Assembly (NCBI GenBank): GCA_031367385.1 | Contig: JANLPS010000247.1 | Span: forward strand, 1-17,166 | Length of the DNA: 17,166 nucleotides | Source of the DNA: Archangium sp. | GTDB lineage: Bacteria; Myxococcota; Myxococcia; Myxococcales; Myxococcaceae | Direction of reading: 5' to 3' | In this document: positions 1 through 7,837 of the stretch, one piece after another | How the letters are laid out: each line of letters starts with the position of its first letter | How positions within the stretch are numbered: the first letter of the stretch is position 1 | The notes under the pieces: generated by a model | Told to the model about the DNA's origin: nothing | Seen by the model: only the letters and a program-made list of their open reading frames with translations | Databases searched by the model: none | Translations under genes and position numbers: made by a program

Positions 1-75
1 ACCTTGTGCGAAAACCGGCGCCGCCGCGAACATCACGGCGAAACCAGCAAGTCCGATAAGCGATTTACGATTCAT
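1..75 (-). CDS. 5' end (partial) of a secreted protein; by position possibly an MtsC-like cohesion protein
   Basis: The reverse complement reads MNRKSLIGLAGFAVMFAAAPVFAQG, a Sec signal peptide with a VFA|Q cleavage site. GGAGG RBS at 85-89, 9 nt upstream of the ATG. Absent from the ORF track because it runs off the window. MtsC identity is inferred only from gene order. Confidence 0.8.
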   Translation of the reverse strand, partial: MNRKSLIGLAGFAVMFAAAPVFAQG

Positions 76-93
76 GTTGTGTTGCCTCCGAGA

Positions 94-128
94 AACCCTT
101 CAGCAAGCTGCGATCCACCTGAAGGGTT
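94..128. promoter_or_regulatory. Stem-loop just upstream of the RBS of the 1..75 gene
   Basis: AACCCTTCAG (94-103) and CTGAAGGGTT (119-128) form a perfect 10-bp inverted repeat with a 15-nt loop. Function is inferred. Confidence 0.45.
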
Positions 129-183
129 GGTTACTGGTGAAGCGATACTGCGAGGTTGGCGACCGGGTTGAGGGCGGTGCGGC

Positions 184-209
184 GGGGGCTGTGGGGAGGA
201 GCCCCCACG
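184..209. repeat. Short REP-like GC palindrome
   Basis: GTGGGG (191-196) pairs with CCCCAC (203-208). GGGGCTGTGGGGAGGAGCCCCCACG resembles the GGGGTGTGGGGCGGAGCCCCAC-type extragenic palindromes I recall from GC-rich bacteria. Confidence 0.4.
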
Positions 210-234
210 CGATCTGAGGGCTGGGCCCCCCTTT

Positions 235-1839
235 TCACAACCCGCTGCTGAAGGCGTCGTCTGAGAAGGTGATCAGCCCCTTGGGCTTCTTGGTCGCGGG
301 CGGGGTGAAGCGCACCGGCTGCACGAACAGCGACCCGATGCCCGAGCCCCGCGGGTCGTTCTCGCGGCCGACCTGAAAGTACACGTAGATGTCATTGGTG
401 CCCTTGCTGATGACCAGGCCCGAGTTGTTCGGGGCCGGGCGCGCCAGGGTCGCGACGAGACCTACATTGAAGATGTCGATGTCGTAGCAGGCGCGGCCGT
501 CGGGCGTCGCCTTCGCCTCGACGATGGAGTACCCGTAGCCGTGCTCCTGCTGAAACTGCTTGTCGGCTGAGAGCGGGTCGGTGTGCTTCTCGATTTCGCC
601 CACGTTCGAGACGCCGTCGCGGTCGTCGTCTTGCAAATCTTCGGCGATCAGCGGGTTGGTGCCACCGTTCTGTTCGACGATGTCGGGTATGCCGTCGCCG
701 TCGGTGTCTGAGATGCACGCGTCGGTGCCGATGACGCGCTCTTCGCAGTCGTTGAGCCCGTCGTTGTCTTGGTCGTTGGTGGCCGCGCAGCCCGAGATGA
801 TGTTCAGGTTGGCGGGGTTGTCTTGGGGCTTGAGGCCCATGCGAATCTCGACGCCGTCATTGAGGCCGTCGCCGTCGCTGTCGGGCTTGGTCGGGTCGGT
901 GCCGAACGAGGCCTCTTGGTCGTCAGACAGGCCGTCGCCGTCGCTGTCGATGAGCAGCTTGCCGTCGCGGGCGATGGAGTTTCGGTTGAACGCGATCAGC
1001 CGCTTCAGAATCAGGCCCGACTGGAGCGAGCCCTTGTTGATGCTCTGCATCGTGCCCTCGACCTGGCCGGGGCTCGTGACGCGCAGCGTGGTGCCGCCGG
1101 CCTGGGCGATCGCGCTGCCCTGAAGCTGGGTCAGCGGGTCGGGCATGCCAGAGGCCACGTAGATGGGCTGCACTTGCACCTGGCCCGCGCCATAGCGAAC
1201 GCCGATGGCCTTGAGGCCTTGGGTGACCCGGCCCAGCTCGCACGAATAGCACTGGGGGTTGTTCGCGCCGTACATCTGGCACGAGGTGTCGAGGCCGGCG
1301 TTGAAGGCGGGGTTCGCGCAGCTGGTATCTGAGCTGGTGATGACCAGAATCACGAGGTAGCGGGTGCGGGCCACCTGGCCGCGGCAGCCGGTCTGCATGT
1401 CGCCGCTGATCAGGCTCTCGGCGAGCTTGAGGCCCGAGCGAATCGAGATGGGGCCGCCCTCCATGCGATTGCCGCTGTACTTGGCGAGCCCGGTGCTCAG
1501 CGCGACCGGGTCGCGGGTGAAGGCGCCTTGGTAGCCGGTGGCGACGCTGTGGTACCCCGCGATGGCGAACGAGAGCGAGGTGTTCGAGTTCTCGGTCATC
1601 ACCGTGTTCACCGAGCTGAAAATCTCGCCGACGATCTCGGTCTGCATGCCAGCCCCGGTGGGCAGCATGAACAACACCTTCACAGGAAACGCCTCGCCCG
1701 CAGCGAGGGGCACGCAGACGTTGCCCTGCAGTTCGGTGCGATCTGGGCCTGAGACGCCCCCGGGGCCCGTGGCGTAGAGCCCTGCGTCAGTACAGCTGCC
1801 GAGAACCAAGCCGAGCGCGGTGATGACCAGGAGTCGCAT
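235..1839 (-). CDS. Lipoprotein with a VWA-like domain and thrombospondin type-3-like Ca-binding repeats (MtsB/MtsD-like cohesion protein)
   Basis: Lipobox LVLGS-C16. FPVKVLF strand typical of VWA beta1 in Mts-type proteins. Five DxDxDG repeats (DSDGDGLSD, DSDGDGLND, DQDNDGLND, DTDGDGIPD, DDDRDGVSN) with GTDP/GTNP spacers. Multiple Cys residues. Confidence 0.85.
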   Translation of the reverse strand: MRLLVITALGLVLGSCTDAGLYATGPGGVSGPDRTELQGNVCVPLAAGEAFPVKVLFMLPTGAGMQTEIVGEIFSSVNTVMTENSNTSLSFAIAGYHSVATGYQGAFTRDPVALSTGLAKYSGNRMEGGPISIRSGLKLAESLISGDMQTGCRGQVARTRYLVILVITSSDTSCANPAFNAGLDTSCQMYGANNPQCYSCELGRVTQGLKAIGVRYGAGQVQVQPIYVASGMPDPLTQLQGSAIAQAGGTTLRVTSPGQVEGTMQSINKGSLQSGLILKRLIAFNRNSIARDGKLLIDSDGDGLSDDQEASFGTDPTKPDSDGDGLNDGVEIRMGLKPQDNPANLNIISGCAATNDQDNDGLNDCEERVIGTDACISDTDGDGIPDIVEQNGGTNPLIAEDLQDDDRDGVSNVGEIEKHTDPLSADKQFQQEHGYGYSIVEAKATPDGRACYDIDIFNVGLVATLARPAPNNSGLVISKGTNDIYVYFQVGRENDPRGSGIGSLFVQPVRFTPPATKKPKGLITFSDDAFSSGL

Positions 1840-1918
1840 GCGCGGCGCACGTTACACAACGCAGTGACGCTGCGCTTGTTTGCGCACTGGTGTGGTCATT
1901 CGTGTGGGTGAATGGGCG

Positions 1919-1992
1919 AAAAAGGGGACAGGCTGCTTTATTGCGCGGGGCACTCGAGTGGCCCGGCCAATAAAGCAGCCTGTCCCCTTTTT
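1919..1992. repeat. 74-bp palindrome (REPIN/MITE-like; possible bidirectional terminator)
   Basis: Perfect 25-bp arms AAAAAGGGGACAGGCTGCTTTATTG (1919-1943) and CAATAAAGCAGCCTGTCCCCTTTTT (1968-1992), with central palindrome CACTCGAGTG (1951-1960). Overlaps the TAA of the 1991..3091 gene. Confidence 0.85.
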
Positions 1993-3091
1993 ACTCGTCG
2001 TCGGCCGACCCTGCGTCGAGCCGGCGCGCCCTGCCCCGCTCGGCGCACAGCTTTAGATTTTTCTCTAAATACGCAAACGGCAACCCCGCCTCGAGCCGAA
2101 ACTGATTGCCGTCTTCGGCCGAGCCGACCCGGGCCATTTGCAGAATCTCGGCTTCGTCGCTCTGCCCTTCGGCCTTGGCCTGCAGCCGGGTGAGCGTCAG
2201 GGCCGACCCGAGCGCCTTGCGGAGGTCTTCAGTCTTGCGCGGGTCAGAGCCCTCGATGTCGGCGACCAACCCCACATCGCGCGTCACATCGGCGTGCAGG
2301 CTCACCCTGCCCGCCGACTCGGTGATGACCTTCGCCAGCGCCGGGTTGTCTTCACTGACCATGCGCGCCAGCCCCGCACCGGTGAGGGTGCCGTACATCT
2401 CGCCGTACGCATCTTCAGGCTTGAGCACCGGCGGCTCGGTCGAGCCCGTGCCCTCGAGGCGATCGAGGGTGGCCTTCACGTCTTCGGCGTTTCGGCCGAT
2501 GACCAGCAGCTGCTGGTTCCACACTCCGGCGACGCTCGATTGCCCATTCGGCGCGCGCCGCTCGAAGAGGGTGCTGTGGCGGCCCCACTGCTGTGACGAC
2601 TCGGCGTGCAGCATGGTCTTCACGTCGGCCGAGCTGAAGTTCCCCGAGACCAGCATGGTCGAGTCGGCCATCGAGATGCGGTCGACGCTGCTCAGTGGGT
2701 CGAGCCCGGCATCGCGCAGCTCATCGAGCATCTCCGGGCGACCGGCGAAGAGGCAGTCGATGAGCAGGTCTCCGATGGCGGAGTGCCGAATCGCGTTCGC
2801 CTCGACCACGACCGCCGCGTACTTCACCGTCGGCGGCATCGCGGCCAGCACCGGGTCGAGCGGCCGCACCGCCTTCATCACCGGCAGCCCCGCGTCGTCG
2901 AGCTGCGCCACCGGTACCCACGTCTCGCGGTCGGTGTTTCGAGTGCGCTCGTCGCTCTTCATGCGCCTGGGCATCGACACCGTGGGCCGCTCGGGTATCG
3001 GGGCCTCGGCGCCGGTCATCAACCACGCGCCCAAGGCCAGCAACACCGCCGCGACCACCAACCAGGGCCAGCGCTTTCGGGGTCTGGCCAT
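1991..3091 (-). CDS. Membrane-anchored hypothetical protein, 366 aa
   Basis: Basic N-terminus (RPRKR), one hydrophobic helix (WPWLVVAAVLLALGAWLM), a Pro-rich linker, then a globular region. GC-rich third codon positions. Starts 2 nt after the upstream stop. Confidence 0.85.
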   Translation of the reverse strand: MARPRKRWPWLVVAAVLLALGAWLMTGAEAPIPERPTVSMPRRMKSDERTRNTDRETWVPVAQLDDAGLPVMKAVRPLDPVLAAMPPTVKYAAVVVEANAIRHSAIGDLLIDCLFAGRPEMLDELRDAGLDPLSSVDRISMADSTMLVSGNFSSADVKTMLHAESSQQWGRHSTLFERRAPNGQSSVAGVWNQQLLVIGRNAEDVKATLDRLEGTGSTEPPVLKPEDAYGEMYGTLTGAGLARMVSEDNPALAKVITESAGRVSLHADVTRDVGLVADIEGSDPRKTEDLRKALGSALTLTRLQAKAEGQSDEAEILQMARVGSAEDGNQFRLEAGLPFAYLEKNLKLCAERGRARRLDAGSADDE

Positions 3092-3093
3092 GA

Positions 3094-3321
3094 TCAGGTG
3101 GGCTCGTCTGCTTGCAGCTTGAGCATCGCGCCAAGAAAGCCGGCCCAGCCGACGAAGCAGATGGTGACCATCACCACGAACCAGACGCCGCGAAAGCCCA
3201 GGTCGTCACCGAGCATGCGCTCGAAGAAGAGACCGGCAACGATGCCCATCGGCACGCCGACCGCGCTGCCGACCAGACCTCCGCGAATGAGCGCTTTGCG
3301 AGTGGCGACCACGGGGTCCAC
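3094..3321 (-). CDS. Small two-helix membrane protein (true start may be the GTG at 3312)
   Basis: Two hydrophobic segments (GLVGSAVGVPMGIVAGLFF; GVWFVVMVTICFVGWAGFLGAML). The stop lies 2 nt before the ATG of the next gene. Confidence 0.7.
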   Translation of the reverse strand: MDPVVATRKALIRGGLVGSAVGVPMGIVAGLFFERMLGDDLGFRGVWFVVMVTICFVGWAGFLGAMLKLQADEPT

Positions 3322-3327
3322 GGTACG

Positions 3328-3427
3328 CGTGGTTCGACGGGCTCACCATGAGAGTTTTATGGGTCCCACTCCAAAAGTTCGGCACGCCCCCAAAGCGCCC
3401 CTCTCATGGTGAGCCTGTCGAACCACG
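3328..3427. repeat. REP doublet (REPIN-like): 27-bp inverted arms around a 46-nt spacer
   Basis: CGTGGTTCGACGGGCTCACCATGAGAG (3328-3354) and CTCTCATGGTGAGCCTGTCGAACCACG (3401-3427), one mismatch. From memory it matches the widespread TTCGACA(A/G)GCTCA-type REP family. Confidence 0.85.
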
Positions 3428-3502
3428 AACCCCGGCGCGAACCACAATCTCCCACCCTTCGCAGCAGGTGACTGAGTCATTGAGGTGTGCTCGGGTAACC
3501 CC

Positions 3503-4063
3503 ATGAGCCGCGCCTACCGAATCAGCGTCAAAGAGTCCCTCAGCCGCCACGTGCAAGTCGAAGACGGAGTGTCTTCGAGCCTGGAGCTGCTCCCCATTTT
3601 GCAAAAAGAGCGCATGCGCGAAATTCTCGCCGCCGAGCTCGCCGGCAAGGGCTTCACCCGCGACGGCAACACCGCGACCCGCAAAGAGAAAGACGGCATC
3701 ACCACCGAGATCAACCTCGAGACCGGCGACGTCAACGTCACCGCCGAGGGCCACGCCAACCTAGACCTCAAGACCGAGCGCACCGCGGTGGTCGACAACG
3801 CCGTCATCCCCGAGCGTGAAGCGGCCTTGCGCGAGACCGCCAAGGCCTCGCTCGAGCGCGAAGCCAAAGCCGAAGAAGAGGCCCTGCGCCGAAAGATCAC
3901 CGGCCAGCTCGAGGGCACCCTGCGCGACCTGAAAGGCGAGCTCGACAGCGTCGTCAACCGCGTCACCGCCACCGCGCTCAAGCAGCGCGCCGCTGAGCTT
4001 GGGCAGGTCGAAGAAGTACACGAAGAGGCCAACGGCAGCCTCACCATCAAGGTTCGCGTTTAA
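3503..4063 (+). CDS. Accessory protein of the soluble FtsH-like module (FtsH ternary-system X5-like), 186 aa
   Basis: The ATG at 3503 gives MSRAYRISVKESL..., an N-terminus I recall from FtsH ternary-system partners. Central charged coiled-coil; C-terminus EEVHEEANGSLTIKVRV. Stop 5 nt before the AAA gene. Confidence 0.8.
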   Translation: MSRAYRISVKESLSRHVQVEDGVSSSLELLPILQKERMREILAAELAGKGFTRDGNTATRKEKDGITTEINLETGDVNVTAEGHANLDLKTERTAVVDNAVIPEREAALRETAKASLEREAKAEEEALRRKITGQLEGTLRDLKGELDSVVNRVTATALKQRAAELGQVEEVHEEANGSLTIKVRV

Positions 4064-4068
4064 CGCTT

Positions 4069-6204
4069 ATGAGCCTTCGAATTCCTGAAGAGCAGTTGCC
4101 GGTCGAGCTGACCGCGTTCGGCGCCGTCGAGGGCGCATACCCCGCTGAAATTTCGCGCATCACCGACGACCTGCGTCGCGGCCTGCCCACGCTGGTCGAA
4201 TGCGAGAAAGAGCTGACTCCGTACCTCTACAAGGCCGTGCGCGATCGCCTCAAGAAAGAGGGCCGCACGTTTCTCTACCTCGATGGGCGGCCAGTCACCG
4301 ATCTGCCGCCGCTGCCTCCGGGCTTGGGGCTGGTGGCGACCATCGTCTTCTATCTGCGCGAAGCGGTGCGCGGGGCGATGAACGAGCGCGTGCTGGTGCT
4401 CCCCCACTTAGACCTGCTCACCACCTCGGTCGGAGGCCTCACCAGCGAGGCGCGCGAGGTCATACCGCTGCTGTACGAGAACCCCGAGCTGGTCTTCTTG
4501 GGCTTCAAAGACCCCTCGTTTCCTCTGCCCAAGGTGATCGAGAACCTCTTCCCCAAGCGTGAATCGCTGCTCGGCGTGCCGCGAGATCGACTGGGCTCGC
4601 TGGTCACCCAGCGCGAGAGCCGCAAGCTGACCCACGAGCGCGAGCTCAGGCCCTACTCCCTCTACAAGCACCTCTCGGGCGTGAATGCGGTGCGCATGCG
4701 CCGCCTGCTCTCGACGCTGACCGGTGAAGACTACCCATCAGACCCCAAGCCCGCCGAGCGGCAGCTGCGGCAAGCGACGCTGGTCGGCCAGCTCACCCTG
4801 CCCGACGTCGATCTCGAGAAAGACATCGGCGGCTACGCAAAGGTGAAAGAACGGCTCAAGAAAGAGCTGCTCGACGTGCTCGCGCTCAAAGACGCGATGC
4901 AAGACGAAGCGGGCATGAAGAAGGTCGAGGGGCTCATCCCCCGCGGCATGATCTTCTGGGGGCCCCCAGGCACCGGCAAGACGCTCTTCGCCAAGGCGAT
5001 GGCGACCTCGTTGGGTGCGGCGGTCACCATCGTCAGCGGGCCCGAGCTCAAGTCGAAGTGGGTCGGCGAGTCTGAAGAGAACCTGCGCCAGGTCTTCAAC
5101 CGGGCGCGCCAGGCAGCGCCGGCGATCATCGTGTTCGACGAGCTCGACTCGTTCGCCACCGCGCGCGGCACCTACCAAGGCAGCGGCGTCGAGCACTCGA
5201 TGGTCAACCAGCTGCTCACGGAGATGGACGGCTTTCGCAAAGACGAGCTGGTCTTCGTGGTCGGCACCACCAACTTCGTCGAGTCGCTCGACCCCGCCCT
5301 GCTGCGGCCCGGGCGCTTCGAATTTCACCTCCACATTCCGTACCCCAACGCCGAAGATCGGCGCGAGATCATCAAGATCTACGACCAGAAGCTCGACCTG
5401 ACCTTGAGCGCTCGGGCGCTCGACTACCTGGTCAAGCGCACCGGAGACATCGTCGAAGGCGGCTCGACCCGCCACTCCGGCGATCACATTCAAGCCATCT
5501 GCCGGTCGATCGCCCGCATGCGGCTGCGCGAGAAGAAGGTCGGGCAGCCGACCGATGTCGACGACGTCGAGAAGGCGATGAACGCGTACGCCGAGCGGCC
5601 CGCGCTGACGCCCAAAGAAGAGCACGTGGTGGCGACGCATGAAGCGGGGCACGCGGTGGCGGCGCTGTTCACGCCGAACTCTCCGGCCATCGACCGCATC
5701 TCGATTCGCAGCGACCTGGCCGGCGCGCTGGGCTTCGTCAGCTACACCGACCCCGCGCACCGTTACGTGGTGACGCAGAACCAGCTGCTCGATCAAATCT
5801 GCACGCTCTTCGGAGGCCGCGAGGCCGAGCTGCTCTTGTGCGACGACCTGTCGATTGGCAGCGGCGCTGACCTCGACCGCGCGACCGCGATCGCCCAGGC
5901 CCTGGTCGAACAGTTCGGCATGGGCAACGAGTCGGTGGGCGTGCGGCGCTTCGAGAGCGAGCGCGACGAACGGCTGGCCGACTCGATGCGGCTCTCAGAC
6001 TCGATGCGGGCGGCGATGGAGGGCTCGGTGCGGGAGATTCTCGAAGAGCAGCGCAAGCGCGCCGCGACGATTCTGAGAGAGCACAAGGCGTTGGTGGTCA
6101 GCCTGCGCGACCTGCTGCTCGAGAAGAAAGTGCTCGACCGCGAGGCGCTGGCGGGCATTCTGCCGGTGACTGAGAAAAAACTCACACCGCCGACCGATGG
6201 GTGA
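4069..6204 (+). CDS. Soluble FtsH-like AAA+ ATPase/M41 zinc metalloprotease with an extra degenerate N-terminal AAA-like domain
   Basis: Walker A GPPGTGKT, pore loop KWVGES, Walker B IIVFDELD, SRH LDPALLRPGRF, zinc motif HEAGH and downstream GSGADLDRAT. No FtsH-type N-terminal transmembrane hairpin. The first ~240 aa carry a Walker-B-like VLVLPHLD but no Walker A. Confidence 0.93.
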   Translation: MSLRIPEEQLPVELTAFGAVEGAYPAEISRITDDLRRGLPTLVECEKELTPYLYKAVRDRLKKEGRTFLYLDGRPVTDLPPLPPGLGLVATIVFYLREAVRGAMNERVLVLPHLDLLTTSVGGLTSEAREVIPLLYENPELVFLGFKDPSFPLPKVIENLFPKRESLLGVPRDRLGSLVTQRESRKLTHERELRPYSLYKHLSGVNAVRMRRLLSTLTGEDYPSDPKPAERQLRQATLVGQLTLPDVDLEKDIGGYAKVKERLKKELLDVLALKDAMQDEAGMKKVEGLIPRGMIFWGPPGTGKTLFAKAMATSLGAAVTIVSGPELKSKWVGESEENLRQVFNRARQAAPAIIVFDELDSFATARGTYQGSGVEHSMVNQLLTEMDGFRKDELVFVVGTTNFVESLDPALLRPGRFEFHLHIPYPNAEDRREIIKIYDQKLDLTLSARALDYLVKRTGDIVEGGSTRHSGDHIQAICRSIARMRLREKKVGQPTDVDDVEKAMNAYAERPALTPKEEHVVATHEAGHAVAALFTPNSPAIDRISIRSDLAGALGFVSYTDPAHRYVVTQNQLLDQICTLFGGREAELLLCDDLSIGSGADLDRATAIAQALVEQFGMGNESVGVRRFESERDERLADSMRLSDSMRAAMEGSVREILEEQRKRAATILREHKALVVSLRDLLLEKKVLDREALAGILPVTEKKLTPPTDG

Positions 6205-6207
6205 CCC

Positions 6208-6474
6208 ATGGCGACCCTGATTTTGAGACTCGACATCGACCCGACCACCAAGAAGAAGAACGTGTGGGTCAAGTACGAGAGTGATTCTGATGCGCTGCCC
6301 AGCGAGCACGAAGAGCAGCACAAGCGCATCGTCGAGGCACTGCTCGCTGACGGCACCATCAAGCCCGACGAGCTCGGCACCATTCGCATCGAGCGCGAGG
6401 GTCAGGGCGCGGTGCAGCCAGAGAAACCCCAAGAGGCTCCGGCGGCGCGCGAGGCCGTGGCGACGAAGAAGTAA
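6208..6474 (+). CDS. Small accessory protein of the FtsH-like module (FtsH ternary-system X3-like), 88 aa
   Basis: Starts 3 nt after the AAA-protease stop. Motif IDPTTKKKNVWVKYESDSDALPSEHEEQHKRIVEAL resembles, from memory, the X3 partner family. Confidence 0.85.
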   Translation: MATLILRLDIDPTTKKKNVWVKYESDSDALPSEHEEQHKRIVEALLADGTIKPDELGTIRIEREGQGAVQPEKPQEAPAAREAVATKK

Positions 6475-6500
6475 CCCTCCGTTCACCCTGAGGGACGGGT
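6475..6500. terminator. Weak hairpin between convergent genes; possibly a REP remnant
   Basis: CCCTC (6475-6479) can pair with GAGGG (6490-6494). CCGTTCACCCTGAG (6479-6492) resembles the start of a REP related to the 3328-3427 family. Confidence 0.3.
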
Positions 6501-6502
6501 CG

Positions 6503-7807
6503 TCAGTACTCGATGAACGTCACCTCGAAGCCCTTCGAGCCGAGCACCAACCAGTGCCCGCGGGAGCCCAAGACCTGGCCGGGGCCGTAGTACGACAGCG
6601 AGAACGCGCCATCGACCCGGCGCACCACCACCGCCACATTGGCTTCAAACTGGGTGAGCACGAGCGCCTCGCGGTCGACCAGGGCGCGCATGCCCCAATT
6701 CATTGCGATCGCGTCACCCGACCGGTTCAAGGGAGTCATCGGAGGCATCTGTGGGAGCGCGGACCAGCCCTCGGCGATGACGAAGGTGGTCCGGTTCACG
6801 TCGATGAAGGGCATCGGCAGCAAGTCGATCGGCGTGGGGAGGCCGGAGCTCAGGACATCGACCCACAGCCCCGACGTATCGAGGGTTCGAGGCGTGCCGC
6901 CCAGGCTCGAGCAGCCTGCGTCGGCGCCTTCGGTGAGGTGGCACACCTGCGATTCTCCGCTCGGAGCCTCGTAGGTGAGGCGGTACAGCGGCCCGTCGCC
7001 GCCCAAGACGACGTCGTTCACCGACGCCGGGAGCGAGGTGCCGATCAACCCCGCGTCGCTCAGCACATACCTCATCACCGTGCCCGCATCGGCGCGGCCA
7101 CGGAACATGCGAATCGCGGTTCGTTCGTCGGTGAACCCCCGGTCGGCAAGCGCGACGCCATCGGTGTTCACCGTGGCGACGAGCTGCAGCTCCGAGCCGG
7201 TGTCGCTGCGCACCGAAAGTTGGGCGCCCGCCGACGACCAGACCGTGTTTCCGAGCACGATGAGCTGCTCACCCGCGAAGAGCCCCTGCCCGCCGTCGGC
7301 GCGCTGCGTGTGAATGCCGGCATCGAGCTCGCAGAGCACCAGCCCATGGAGCGTCATGTACGGCTGAGACACGCAGCGTGACGGGTCTGCTGGCAACGTG
7401 ACCGTGCTGCGCGGGGTGTCGAGGCGCTCGTAAGCGACCTCGATTGGCAGCTGCACCCGGCCTCGCTGAGGTTCGAAAAGAACGATCAGCTGCCACGTGC
7501 CCGGTCGGTCTGGAGTGAAGTGCACCGTCTGGCGCGCGGTGCCATTCGGCTCATTCACGAGGGTGCTGGTGGCAAACGCGGCGAACGGCACATTGCTTGG
7601 GTCGACAAGCGAAACATTCGCCCTCAGCGGCCCATCGCCGCAGACGGTGATGGTGGGCGACACAGTCGTCGTGAGCGGCTGATGGGTGACACCCAAAACC
7701 TGTTTGGGGTTCGAGACATACGGGTCAAACGCGCAGCGCGGCTGAGTGGGGCAACCGGCCGCTCCCACCGCCACCAACAAGACTCCGGTCAGTCGAGTCG
7801 TTTGCAC
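6503..7807 (-). CDS. Lipoprotein A (beta-rich, unknown function), paralog of 12569..13849
   Basis: GTG start, lipobox VGAAG-C. Shares blocks with 12569..13849: FTPxxPGTWQLxVxFEPxxGRVQLPI, GLVLCELDxGIHTQR, LVDRE, VLG(S/T)RG. Confidence 0.85.
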   Translation of the reverse strand: MQTTRLTGVLLVAVGAAGCPTQPRCAFDPYVSNPKQVLGVTHQPLTTTVSPTITVCGDGPLRANVSLVDPSNVPFAAFATSTLVNEPNGTARQTVHFTPDRPGTWQLIVLFEPQRGRVQLPIEVAYERLDTPRSTVTLPADPSRCVSQPYMTLHGLVLCELDAGIHTQRADGGQGLFAGEQLIVLGNTVWSSAGAQLSVRSDTGSELQLVATVNTDGVALADRGFTDERTAIRMFRGRADAGTVMRYVLSDAGLIGTSLPASVNDVVLGGDGPLYRLTYEAPSGESQVCHLTEGADAGCSSLGGTPRTLDTSGLWVDVLSSGLPTPIDLLPMPFIDVNRTTFVIAEGWSALPQMPPMTPLNRSGDAIAMNWGMRALVDREALVLTQFEANVAVVVRRVDGAFSLSYYGPGQVLGSRGHWLVLGSKGFEVTFIEY

Positions 7808-7837
7808 AGAGGGCCGCAGGCTCGCCGAACGCGCGCG

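Noticed and set aside
235..1839. Treating this VWA-like protein as the missing vWA of the FtsH ternary system
   Set aside because: It is an exported lipoprotein in a separate, oppositely oriented unit, whereas the protease module is cytoplasmic.
1912..2193. 93-aa plus-strand ORF
   Set aside because: It is a translation of the palindromic element plus the antisense of the 366-aa gene.
4069..6204. Calling this the housekeeping ftsH
   Set aside because: No transmembrane or periplasmic N-region, an extra AAA-like domain, and a different gene context.
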